Assembly (NCBI RefSeq): GCF_045037415.1
Contig: NZ_CP173438.1
Length of the DNA: 64,000 bases
DNA from: Escherichia coli
Lineage (GTDB): Bacteria; Pseudomonadota; Gammaproteobacteria; Enterobacterales; Enterobacteriaceae
Direction: 5' to 3' (one strand)
Part shown: piece after piece, positions 37,039 through 46,200 of the stretch
Layout of the letters: each line of letters opens with the position of its first letter
Numbering within the stretch: position 1 is the stretch's first letter
Program-made: the position numbers and the translations under genes
Notes under the pieces: generated by a model
Told to the model about the DNA's origin: nothing
The model's database searches: none
The model's input: the letters and a program-made list of their open reading frames with translations, nothing else

Positions 37039-37828
37039 CTTCGACTCCTTCCGGTTTAAATGTGCGGGGAACAGTAATTTGATAATCCGGCTCCAGCCAG
37101 CCACCAGGTATGATTTGCCGCTTTCCCGTACCTGTTTCTATACCGCTTTGATCAAGATACTGAAAATAAGGGTGTCCATTACGCCGGGCAAGGTAAAGCA
37201 TCACCCGGTTGGTTTTAATCGAATGACTGGCGCGAAGCAGTGCCTGCAATTTGCGTGGGCTGAGAAGATTCCCCCCCTGAAACAGAGCATCGGCATGTTC
37301 GAACGAGATCAACGAAGGAACGCCGCAGGCGATCTCATACGCGGCCAGTTCCGGTGCACTGCCTGCTAACTGCCGGTCGCCAATTTTCAGTTCCGTAGTA
37401 AATGACGAGACATCAACGGTAAGGCCCGATGTATACAGCGTGATAAATGTTGCTGATTGTTCGAAGGCAGCAAACCATCCCGGCAGTTTGACGTAAGCCG
37501 GAAGCGCGAGCCAGACCTGCGGCTTACCCGGTTCGGTATAGTGCGCATGGCCCTGAAGCGCAAGGCTGGTTAGCCCCGCCACCCGAACAGGCTTTTCCCA
37601 CTGTGTTTGAAGGCAGTAAACCGCGTCTACCCAATCCGGCTCACGGCCCGTCCGGCAGTACACACCGTGAGCGATGCGCCTGAGCCAGCCATTCTGAACA
37701 TAGAGATAAGAAAGCTTACGATCTACGCCATTGCGGGTAAGCCATGACTGGAGCAGCACCTGACCGGGTAGCGTGTTTTGCATCAACCAGTTTAGATAGT
37801 TTGGCAAATGTCGCTCCTGAATAGACAT
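37025..37828 (-). CDS. AbiEi-like antitoxin/transcriptional regulator candidate (267 aa)
   Basis: Immediately upstream of and overlapping the DUF1814-like gene, the arrangement typical of AbiEi-AbiEii pairs; family assignment from memory, not verified. Confidence 0.45.
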   Translation of the reverse strand: MSIQERHLPNYLNWLMQNTLPGQVLLQSWLTRNGVDRKLSYLYVQNGWLRRIAHGVYCRTGREPDWVDAVYCLQTQWEKPVRVAGLTSLALQGHAHYTEPGKPQVWLALPAYVKLPGWFAAFEQSATFITLYTSGLTVDVSSFTTELKIGDRQLAGSAPELAAYEIACGVPSLISFEHADALFQGGNLLSPRKLQALLRASHSIKTNRVMLYLARRNGHPYFQYLDQSGIETGTGKRQIIPGGWLEPDYQITVPRTFKPEGVEDGSA

Positions 37829-38090
37829 TAGTAGAAATATTTAAACCAGTGTAGGTTCAGGGATACGCCACAGCAAGAAATAGTTTAATGATTCCTCATT
37901 TCGTCCACTTAAAATCGACATTGAGCAAAAAATACAAACTTACCTACATTCAGGCAAAGTGCGACAAATAGACTCGGTCGGTTTAAAGAGAACGTGTAAC
38001 ATAGATGCAAATCGAACAGACATTGTTGCCAGCCGTTCCAAGGTTGTGGGGCGCTGCATGGCCTGAGACGTGATAAATACAGGGAACACA

Positions 38091-41000
38091 ATGAAATTCA
38101 CTGAAGATACCCGAGTAAAAATCCCCGTCATCCTCCACCTGATACGGCTGGGCTACCACTACCTGTCCCTTAAAGAACAACGCTGGGACAAAGAAACCAA
38201 TATCTTCCCTGACCTCTTCACCGCTGCGATTGGCAGAATAAATCCCGGACTTGCGCCAGACGACATCGGACGCCTGTTAAAAGACCTCACGCTGCTTCTC
38301 GACAACGATGATCTGGGCCGCGCCTTCTTCGAAAAACTCAGTGACCGTTCCGGTATCAAACTGATCGACTTTGATAACTTCAACAACAACAGTTTCCATG
38401 TCGTCACCGAACTGACATGCGAAAACGGTGATGAAGAATTCCGCCCGGACATCACGCTGCTGATCAACGGCATGCCGCTAATCTTTATCGAAGTGAAAAA
38501 ACCCAACAATCGGGAAGGCATCGTCGCAGAACGCAACCGCATCAACGAACGCTTTAAAAACCCCAAATTCAAACGCTTCGCCAACATCACCCAGTTCATG
38601 ATCTTCTCCAATAACATGGAGTATGACGACAGCGACCCGGAGCCGATTCAAGGGGCATTCTACGCCAGCAGCTCTTACAGCAACCCGGTATTCAACTACT
38701 TCCGCGAAGAAGAACTCTTCAACCTGACCAACTTACTGAAACCGCTGTCAGAAGAAACCGAAATCGCCGTCCTGAAAGACAACAACCTGGAAGTGATCCG
38801 CACCAACCCGGAATTTCAGACCAACAAAGATCACAACCGCCCGACAAACCGCCTCTGCACCGCGCTGTTGAGCCGGGATCGGCTGGCATTTATCCTGCGC
38901 TATGCGCTGGTGTATGTAGCCGAACCGGGCGGCATCCAAAAACACATCATGCGCTACCCGCAGCTCTTCGCCACCAAAGCGATTGAGCGCAAGCTGAACG
39001 CGGGTGTGAAAAAAGGCATTATCTGGCACACCCAGGGCAGTGGGAAAACCGCATTGGCATACTACAACGTGCGCTTCCTGACAGATTACTTCCAGAATCA
39101 GCAGGTGATCCCGAAATTCTACTTTATTGTCGATCGTCTTGATCTGCTCCAGCAGGCGCAGCGTGAATTCACCGCCCGTGGCTTAATCGTTCACCTTATC
39201 GACTCCCGCGAAGCCTTCACTCGCGATATCAAAGCAACGCAGGCGCTGCACAACCACCACGGCAAAGCGGAAATCACCGTCGTCAACATCCAGAAATTCC
39301 GCGATGACCCGGATGTCGTCACCACCAAAGACTACGACATCAACATCCAACGCGTGTACTTCCTCGATGAAGTCCACCGCAGCTACAACCCCAAAGGGAG
39401 CTTCCTGGCGAATTTAAGCCAGTCGGACACCAACGCCATCAAAATTGGCCTGACCGGTACGCCTCTGCTGGGCACAGACTACAACTCCCGCGACCTCTTC
39501 GGCGACTACATCCACAAATACTACTACAACGCCTCCATCGCCGACGGCTACACGCTGCGCCTGATCCGCGAAGAGATCGCCACCAACTACCGAATGATCC
39601 TGCAACAGGCGCTAAAAGAGGTGGAAGTCAGAATGGGCGATGTGGATCGCAAATACATCTACGCCCATCCCAGCTTTGTTAAACCGATGCTGAACTACAT
39701 CGTCACCGACTTTGCCAAAAGCCGGGGCGCGCTGAATGATGACACCATCGGCGGCATGGTGATTTGCGACAGCTCTGAACAGGCCAAGCAGATGTTTGAG
39801 ATATTCAACACTGACTACGCCGAATCGCCCACCGCCGCCGATGAAGTCTCCGAAGAAATGCCGGTATTACAGGCCGCAGAACCTGCCGCCGTTTACCACC
39901 TCCACGCCAAAGAAACGCGGAAAATCAAACGCGCCGCCCTGATCTTGCACGACATCGGCAGCAAGCAGGAGCGCAAAGAATGGGTGGAGCAATTCAAAGC
40001 GGGCAAGATTGACCTGCTGTTCGTTTACAACATGTTGCTCACCGGCTTCGACGCCAAACGGCTGAAAAAACTCTACCTCGGGCGGGTGATCAGAAAGCAC
40101 AACCTGCTCCAGGCGCTGACCCGCGTCAACCGTACGTACAACCACTTCCGCTACGGCTACGTGGTGGACTTCGCCGACATCCGCCAGGAATTTGACGCTA
40201 CCAACAAAGCCTACTTCGAAGAGCTACAGGCTGAACTTGGCGACGAAATGGAGCACTACTCCCGCCTGTTCAAATCGGCGGAAGAGATCCGCGAAGAAAT
40301 CGAACACATCAAAGACGTTCTGTTTAGCTTCGATACCGAAAACGCGGAAATCTTCACTGACCAGATAAACCAGATCCAGGACCGGGAAACCGCGCTGGCG
40401 CTAAAAAACGCGCTGGCCGACGCCCGCAGCCTGTACAACCTCATCCGCCTCCAGGGCAACACTGAGTTTCTCCAGGCGCTGGATTTCAACAAACTCAACA
40501 TCCTTTATCGCGAAGCCAGCCGCCGCCTCGACTTACTCAACCTAAAAGCGGATCTGGAACAGGGCGTTGACCTCTCCGGCCTGCTGAACCGGGCGCTGGA
40601 AGAGGTGATCTTTGAATTCCATAAAGTGGGTGAAGAAGAGCTGGTACTGGCCGACGAGCTGAAAGAGACGCTGCGCCGCACCCGCGAAGCGCTGGCCGCC
40701 AACTTCGACCAGCAGGACCCGCAGTTCGTCAGCCTGAAAGACGAACTGGAGCGTCTGTTTAAGAAAAAGAAACTCAGCGAAGTCACCCAGCAAGAAATGG
40801 TTGCGAATATCGGCACACTCAATAAAATTCATGGCCGCATCAAAGAGCTAAACCGCCAAAACAACCTGCTGCGCCAGAAATACCGGGGCGACGTGAAATA
40901 CGCGCGTACCCACAAACGCCTGCGCGAGCGCGGCGGCCTGAGCGAGCCGGAGCGTAAAATCTTCGAAGCACTGCTTAGCGTTAAGCTGGATGCAGATGAA

Positions 41001-41189
41001 AAAGTGCTGAACAACAGCCAGATACTGAACAATGAAAGCTATTTTGAGCGGCATATGGAGTCATGCGTCATCACGCACTTTGAGGATGAGCACCATATCA
41101 CTCTGACCTCCAGTGCGGTAAGCGACATCAACCGCCTGATTGTGGCGGAATACCTGAACGAATTTAATACCGGAGCACGAACGTGGTAG
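38091..41189 (+). CDS. hsdR: Type I restriction enzyme R subunit HsdR
   Basis: HsdR N-terminal nuclease-like region (PDITLLINGMPLIFIEVKKP), helicase Walker A (QGSGKT), DEVH box (FLDEVHRS), TGTP, motif VI; start at ATG 38091 after aggga. Confidence 0.8.
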   Translation: MKFTEDTRVKIPVILHLIRLGYHYLSLKEQRWDKETNIFPDLFTAAIGRINPGLAPDDIGRLLKDLTLLLDNDDLGRAFFEKLSDRSGIKLIDFDNFNNNSFHVVTELTCENGDEEFRPDITLLINGMPLIFIEVKKPNNREGIVAERNRINERFKNPKFKRFANITQFMIFSNNMEYDDSDPEPIQGAFYASSSYSNPVFNYFREEELFNLTNLLKPLSEETEIAVLKDNNLEVIRTNPEFQTNKDHNRPTNRLCTALLSRDRLAFILRYALVYVAEPGGIQKHIMRYPQLFATKAIERKLNAGVKKGIIWHTQGSGKTALAYYNVRFLTDYFQNQQVIPKFYFIVDRLDLLQQAQREFTARGLIVHLIDSREAFTRDIKATQALHNHHGKAEITVVNIQKFRDDPDVVTTKDYDINIQRVYFLDEVHRSYNPKGSFLANLSQSDTNAIKIGLTGTPLLGTDYNSRDLFGDYIHKYYYNASIADGYTLRLIREEIATNYRMILQQALKEVEVRMGDVDRKYIYAHPSFVKPMLNYIVTDFAKSRGALNDDTIGGMVICDSSEQAKQMFEIFNTDYAESPTAADEVSEEMPVLQAAEPAAVYHLHAKETRKIKRAALILHDIGSKQERKEWVEQFKAGKIDLLFVYNMLLTGFDAKRLKKLYLGRVIRKHNLLQALTRVNRTYNHFRYGYVVDFADIRQEFDATNKAYFEELQAELGDEMEHYSRLFKSAEEIREEIEHIKDVLFSFDTENAEIFTDQINQIQDRETALALKNALADARSLYNLIRLQGNTEFLQALDFNKLNILYREASRRLDLLNLKADLEQGVDLSGLLNRALEEVIFEFHKVGEEELVLADELKETLRRTREALAANFDQQDPQFVSLKDELERLFKKKKLSEVTQQEMVANIGTLNKIHGRIKELNRQNNLLRQKYRGDVKYARTHKRLRERGGLSEPERKIFEALLSVKLDADEKVLNNSQILNNESYFERHMESCVITHFEDEHHITLTSSAVSDINRLIVAEYLNEFNTGARTW

Positions 41190-42820
41190 AACTGGAATTT
41201 AGAGACAAAACCAAAGCCCTGATCGACAGCCTGAAAAGCATCTGTGCGAACTACGGCCTGGGCAACGACGGTAACGAATTCAAAATTATCACTCAGGCAT
41301 TCCTGTACAAATTCCTGAACGACAAATTCGCTTTTGAGGCCAAACAGAAAGATAAAAGTATCGCCAGCGCCGAAAGCTGGGAAGATGCGCTCAGCGCAAT
41401 GAGCGAAGATCAACTGAAAAAGCTGCAACAGCGGATGGCCCCGGATACCGCCCGCCTGAAGCCGCACCATTTTATTCGTTACTTGTATAACCGACAAAAC
41501 GCAGCGGACTTTGCCAGAACTTTTGACGACACCCTGATGGACATCGCCGCCACCAACAACGACGTCTTCGCGGTCAAAACCGACGGCGGCGCGAAAGTGG
41601 TGCTGTTTGAGCGCCTCAGCCAGTACATCGCCGACGAATCAAAGCGCGATGATTTCTGCCGCGCCATCATCAACAAGCTGGCCGATTTCAGCTTCGAACG
41701 CATCTTCACGCAGAAATTCGACTTCTACGCCACCATCTTTGAATACCTGATCAAAGACTACAACAGCAACTCCGGCGGCAAATACGCGGAATACTACACG
41801 CCCCACGCCGTGGCGCGCATCATGGCGGAAATCCTGGTGCCGAAAGCGCAGCAGGGCGTGGTGCGCAACGTAAGCTGTTACGACCCGTCCGCCGGTTCCG
41901 GCACGCTGCTGATGAACGTGGCGCACGCCATTGGGGAAGATCGTTGCAGCATCTTTGCCCAGGATATCTCGCAGAAATCCTCCAGCCTGCTGCGTCTGAA
42001 CCTGATCCTCAACAACCTGGTGCATTCGATCCCTAACGTTATCCAGGGCAACACTATTCTGCATCCGTTCCACAAGGACGGCGGCGCGCTGAAACGCTTT
42101 GACTACATCGTCTCCAACCCGCCGTTTAAGATGGATTTCAGCGACTTTCGTGACGCGCTGGACAGCAAGGAAAACCAGCAACGTTTCTTTGCCGGGATAC
42201 CGAAAATCAAAGCCAAAGCCAGGGACAAAATGGAGATTTACCAGTTGTTCCTGCAACACATCATTTTCTCGCTGAAACCGGGTGGCAAGGCGGCGGTCGT
42301 CGTGCCGACCGGGTTTATCACCGCGCAATCGGGCATTGATAAAGGCATTCGCGAACATCTGGTGCAAAACAAGATGCTGGCGGGCGTGGTTTCCATGCCG
42401 TCGAATATCTTCGCCACCACCGGTACCAACGTGTCGATCCTGTTTATTGACGCCAGCAACAAAGAGAAAGTGGTGCTGATCGACGCCTCGAATTTAGGTG
42501 AAAAGGTCAAAGACGGCAAAAACCAGAAAACGGTGCTGACGGAGTGCGAAGAAAAACGGATCTGCGAAGCGTTTAACAACAAGTGGAGCGAAGAGGATTT
42601 CTCGGTGGTGGTCAGCTATGACGACATCGCCGCGAAAAATTACTCGTTCAGCGCCGGACAGTATTTTGATGTGAAAATCGAATACACCGACATGACGCCG
42701 GAACAGTTTGCCGCGAAGATGAAAGGATTTACGGAGAATCTGAATAATCTCTTTGAACAGTCGCGCGAGTTAGAAGTGCAAATAAAAATGCAGATGGCAG
42801 ATATCAAATATGAAATTTAA
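41183..42820 (+). CDS. hsdM: Type I R-M N6-adenine DNA methyltransferase HsdM
   Basis: AdoMet motif (DPSAGSGTLL) and catalytic NPPF (IVSNPPFKMDF); overlaps the hsdR stop. Confidence 0.8.
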   Translation: MVELEFRDKTKALIDSLKSICANYGLGNDGNEFKIITQAFLYKFLNDKFAFEAKQKDKSIASAESWEDALSAMSEDQLKKLQQRMAPDTARLKPHHFIRYLYNRQNAADFARTFDDTLMDIAATNNDVFAVKTDGGAKVVLFERLSQYIADESKRDDFCRAIINKLADFSFERIFTQKFDFYATIFEYLIKDYNSNSGGKYAEYYTPHAVARIMAEILVPKAQQGVVRNVSCYDPSAGSGTLLMNVAHAIGEDRCSIFAQDISQKSSSLLRLNLILNNLVHSIPNVIQGNTILHPFHKDGGALKRFDYIVSNPPFKMDFSDFRDALDSKENQQRFFAGIPKIKAKARDKMEIYQLFLQHIIFSLKPGGKAAVVVPTGFITAQSGIDKGIREHLVQNKMLAGVVSMPSNIFATTGTNVSILFIDASNKEKVVLIDASNLGEKVKDGKNQKTVLTECEEKRICEAFNNKWSEEDFSVVVSYDDIAAKNYSFSAGQYFDVKIEYTDMTPEQFAAKMKGFTENLNNLFEQSRELEVQIKMQMADIKYEI

Positions 42821-43101
42821 TTATCTGAAAATTAAAGATGTATGTGATTTTGTCGGAGGAAGTCAACCTCCAAAATCTCAATTTATTTATGTATCTAAAC
42901 CTGGATATGTCAGGTTGATCCAGACGCGTGATTACAAAACGGATGCATTTCCCACGTATATACCAATATCGTCGACGAAGAAATTTTGTGATGAATTCGA
43001 TATTATGATTGGTAGGTATGGTCCCCCAATTTTTCAAATATGTCGCGGATTGAAAGGAGCATATAACGTTGCCTTGCTGAAGGTTAGGTAATGACTCCAA
43101 C

Positions 43102-43605
43102 TTATTGATAGTGTTTTATGTTCAGATAATGCCCGATGACTTTGTCATGCAGCTCCACCGATTTTGAGAACGACAGCGACTTCCGTCCCAGCCGTGCCAG
43201 GTGCTGCCTCAGATTCAGGTTATGCCGCTCAATTCGCTGCGTATATCGCTTGCTGATTACGTGCAGCTTTCCCTTCAGGCGGGATTCATACAGCGGCCAG
43301 CCATCCGTCATCCATATCACCACGTCAAAGGGTGACAGCAGGCTCATAAGACGCCCCAGCGTCGCCATCGTGCGTTCACCGAATACGTGCGCAACAACCG
43401 TCTTCCGGAGCCTGTCATACGCGTAAAACAGCCAGCGCTGGCGCGATTTAGCCCCGACATAGCCCCACTGTTCGTCCATTTCCGCGCAGACGATGACGTC
43501 ACTGCCCGGCTGTATGCGCGAGGTTACCGACTGCGGCCTGAGTTTTTTAAGTGACGTAAAATCGTGTTGAGGCCAACGCCCATAATGCGGGCTGTTGCCC
43601 GGCAT
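43102..43605 (-). CDS. insB: IS1 InsB reading frame (expressed as an InsAB fusion by -1 frameshifting)
   Basis: Canonical IS1 insB sequence including [17 protein letters not shown]. Confidence 0.85.
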
Positions 43606-43799
43606 CCAACGCCATTCATGGCCATATCAATGATTTTCTGGTGCGTACCGGGTTGAGAAGCGGTGTAAGTGAACTGCAGTTGCCATGTTTTACGGCAGTG
43701 AGAGCAGAGATAGCGCTGATGTCCGGCGGTGCTTTTGCCGTTACGCACCACCCCGTCAGTAGCTGAACAGGAGGGACAGCTGATAGAAACAGAAGCCAC
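43524..43799 (-). CDS. insA: IS1 InsA (91 aa)
   Basis: [24 protein letters not shown]... Confidence 0.9.
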
Positions 43800-44975
43800 T
43801 GGAGCACCTCAAAAACACCATCATACACTAAATCAGTAAGTTGGCAGCATCACCGAAGGTTATACCTAAAGAAGGTGTAAGTCGTGATTTTTTATACTAT
43901 TTTTTGAAGCAAGACTCTGTTTTCCAATATGTTGATAAATTATCTGCCAGAACCGGAGGACAAACTGGAGTTGATCTAGTTTCTTTAAAAGAATATCCAG
44001 TCAGGATACCTGAAGAAATTGAATGTCAAGAAAAATTGGTGACTATTCTTAGTGTTATTGATAAAAAAATCGCCCTCAACAACCGCATCAACACGGAACT
44101 GGAAGCGATGGCGAAAACACTGTATGACTACTGGTTTGTACAGTTTGATTTCCCTGATGCCAACGGAAAACCGTATAAAACCTCCGGCGGGAAGATGGAG
44201 TATAACGCCACGCTGAAACGGGAAATTCCGGCAGGTTGGAATGACTCCATTCTTGGTAAGTTTATTGAGTTAGATCGTGGCGTTACTTATAGCAAAGAGG
44301 ATGTTCGAACTCAGGATGATAAAGATACGATAGGCATTCTTCGCGCTACAAATGTGACGGGAAATAATGTTGATATTGATGATTTAGTCTTCATTCCTTC
44401 TAGTAGAGTAAACGTTAATCAAATGCTAAATAAATTTGACATATTGATCGTGATGTCAAGTGGTAGTAAGGAGCATGTAGGGAAGAATGGCGTGTATTAT
44501 TTCGAAAAAAAAACATGCATTTGGCGCATTTTGTTCAAAAATTACACCCGTCAGAAAATACAGATATTTTATAAATACATTCCTGCAATCGAAATGGTTT
44601 AAGTCTTATATAAACAATCAGTGCTTGGGAACTAATATTAATAACCTGACCAATACGCATATCACTAATTGTGAAATCATATGCCCCACTCCTGATGTTG
44701 TGGCGTTATTCGAGAATAAAATGATGCCAATTTATAATAAACTGGCATCAAACACTCAAGAGAATAGTCATTTAATCCAACTCCGCGACTGGCTCCTCCC
44801 TCTACTTATGAACGGACAGGTCACGGTCAAATAATCCCCGGCGTGGTTTTGCGAGGCGCATTCCAGATCCGCATTGCGCCGCACTCACCGCAGCAAAACC
44901 GCTTGCCGTTCATAACCGATCGCAGTATCTTTCTCCCGCGCCTGCAAAATCAGGCGTCGGGATTAGCCTCCTGAA

Positions 44976-45167
44976 AACCGTTACAGGCGACACTTGACGC
45001 ACCAGCGTCTTTTTTGTGTCGTGCGTTCGGCTACACCTCAATGGCGGGCCGGGCGGGGGCGTCGCAAGACGCGCCGGTTTCCTGTAACGCCGGTAAGGCT
45101 AACCCCGTCCGGTTCCGCCCCCATGAGATTAGCCTCTCTAGTGGCGGACATAATAAACCGTTACAGG
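44976..45167 (+). repeat. Three copies of the motif CGTTACAGG (direct at 44978-44987 and 45158-45167, inverted at 45081-45089), with a second repeated block gattagcctc at 44961 and 45127; upstream of the orphan ORF
   Basis: Read directly from the sequence. Confidence 0.5.
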
Positions 45168-45176
45168 AGACGCCCT

Positions 45177-45647
45177 ATGGCTACAATCCTCATCTCTGAC
45201 TGCGATTTACTCGATCTATTGTCCGCTCCCTTCAATGCCACCACGGATTTCACCGTCCTGGCCGACTACTGCGCCCGCTTCGCCGAAACCCTGATAGAAA
45301 CCGACGATCCGGCGCTGCGGCTGGCGCTCTGCGGACGGCTTCACGCGGCTCTTGCGCTATTGCAACCCACGCTGCACGACCCCATCCCGCCGCATCTGAT
45401 TGAAAGCCTGACCGTTGATACCCTTCCCGCCACACCAGAGCACTTTATTTCCGAACCAGATTCCTTGTGCGAATACTGCCTCGCGCTGCTCCAGCTACTG
45501 CTGGAACGTCCAGCAGAGCCAAAAACGGAACAAACCCTGACCGGGCTTCTGTGTGAGCTGGTCTGGAATTTCACGGAAGGACTCAAATCCCCGCGCTGGC
45601 TGCGTACCGCCGACGGCGTAAAATTTATCAGTGAGGTGGCCGCATGA
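45177..45647 (+). CDS. Hypothetical protein, 156 aa, no recognised domain
   Basis: ATG 45177 preceded by SD aggag; the longer 217-aa ORF is a GC-rich upstream extension with no SD; Leu/Ala-rich acidic protein. Confidence 0.4.
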   Translation: MATILISDCDLLDLLSAPFNATTDFTVLADYCARFAETLIETDDPALRLALCGRLHAALALLQPTLHDPIPPHLIESLTVDTLPATPEHFISEPDSLCEYCLALLQLLLERPAEPKTEQTLTGLLCELVWNFTEGLKSPRWLRTADGVKFISEVAA

Positions 45648-45792
45648 TGCAACAGGACTGACATTCCGCCGACATTATTGCGGTGCTGAAAAAGCGGGGA
45701 ACGCCTCTGGCGGCACAGAGAAAAACTCATTGCGGAAGCGCTGTAAATATCGCCAGAAATCATCTGGTCCTCAAGGTACTTTGATAGCAAAG

Positions 45793-45879
45793 GCAAGCTG
45801 GCTGGTTCAGTCCGGAGTCTCTCTTCTTGCACTTAAAGAGATGGGAGGATGGGAAACTCTTGAAATGGTTCGTCGTTAG
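45793..45879 (+). pseudogene. Remnant of a tyrosine-integrase 3' end (...[28 protein letters not shown]), copy B, next to intact thrW
   Basis: Integrase C-terminal signature truncated by TAG at the conserved Tyr codon position. Confidence 0.45.
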
Positions 45880-46010
45880 GCTCACCTTTCAGCCAGGCAT
45901 TTCACCGGGCACGCGAGCAAAATCGATGCGATTATAAGTCGCAATGGCACAAATACGGCACAAGAGGAGAACGTGGTGTATTTAAATATGGGGTAACTAC
46001 TTGATTTTAA

Positions 46011-46086
46011 TGGTGCCGATAATAGGAGTCGAACCTACGACCTTCGCATTACGAATGCGCTGCTCTACCAACTGAGCTATATCGGC
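46011..46086 (-). tRNA. thrW: tRNA-Thr (anticodon CGU), 76 nt including CCA
   Basis: Reverse complement reads GCCGATATAGCTCAGTTGGTAGAGCAGCGCATTCGTAATGCGAAGGTCGTAGGTTCGACTCCTATTATCGGCACCA; cloverleaf arms and CGT anticodon identifiable. Confidence 0.9.
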
Positions 46087-46200
46087 CCTGAAAGGACATG
46101 TTCACGAACGTGAATCACGGTGGACAAGGTTAAAACTAACCGGGCGATGCGTCAATGGCCTTGTGAATCAAATGGCTACTTTTGCATCACCCGGTTTTAT

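Larger units (their letters stand above)
43087..43854 (-). mobile_element. IS1, complete 768-bp copy with apparently intact insA and insB, inserted in hsdS
   Basis: Terminal inverted repeats (ggtaatgactccaac ... gttggcagcatcacc); flanking 8-bp direct duplication gaaggtta (43079-43086 and 43855-43862). Confidence 0.9.
42810..44834 (+). pseudogene. hsdS: Type I R-M specificity subunit HsdS, disrupted by IS1 and by a +1 frameshift in an A9 tract (44505-44513)
   Basis: Frame is continuous across the IS1 once IS1 and one TSD copy are removed; internally repeated conserved regions (RDFLYYFLKQDSVF and YRYFINTFLQSKWF); A9 to A8 would give one 415-codon ORF. Confidence 0.7.

Noticed and set aside
38159-42582. 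Multiple minus-strand ORFs within hsdR and hsdM (for example 41039..41497, 41639..42367)
   Set aside because: Antisense to well-supported helicase and methyltransferase frames; typical of GC-rich coding regions.
44505-44513. A9 tract in hsdS as a programmed phase-variation switch
   Set aside because: It is possible, but with hsdS already broken by IS1 the tract cannot toggle function here, and a sequencing error in a homopolymer cannot be excluded; reported as an observation only.
44994-45176. N-terminal 61-codon extension of the orphan ORF (217-aa version)
   Set aside because: The extension is Arg/Pro-rich and GC-rich with no ribosome-binding site, whereas the ATG at 45177 has an aggag SD; the shorter 156-aa form is preferred.
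34422-46086. Identification of the island as K-12 prophage CP4-6
   Set aside because: Same attachment site and integrase type, but the span is only about 11.6 kb and the cargo (AbiE-like, hsdRMS) differs from what I recall of CP4-6.
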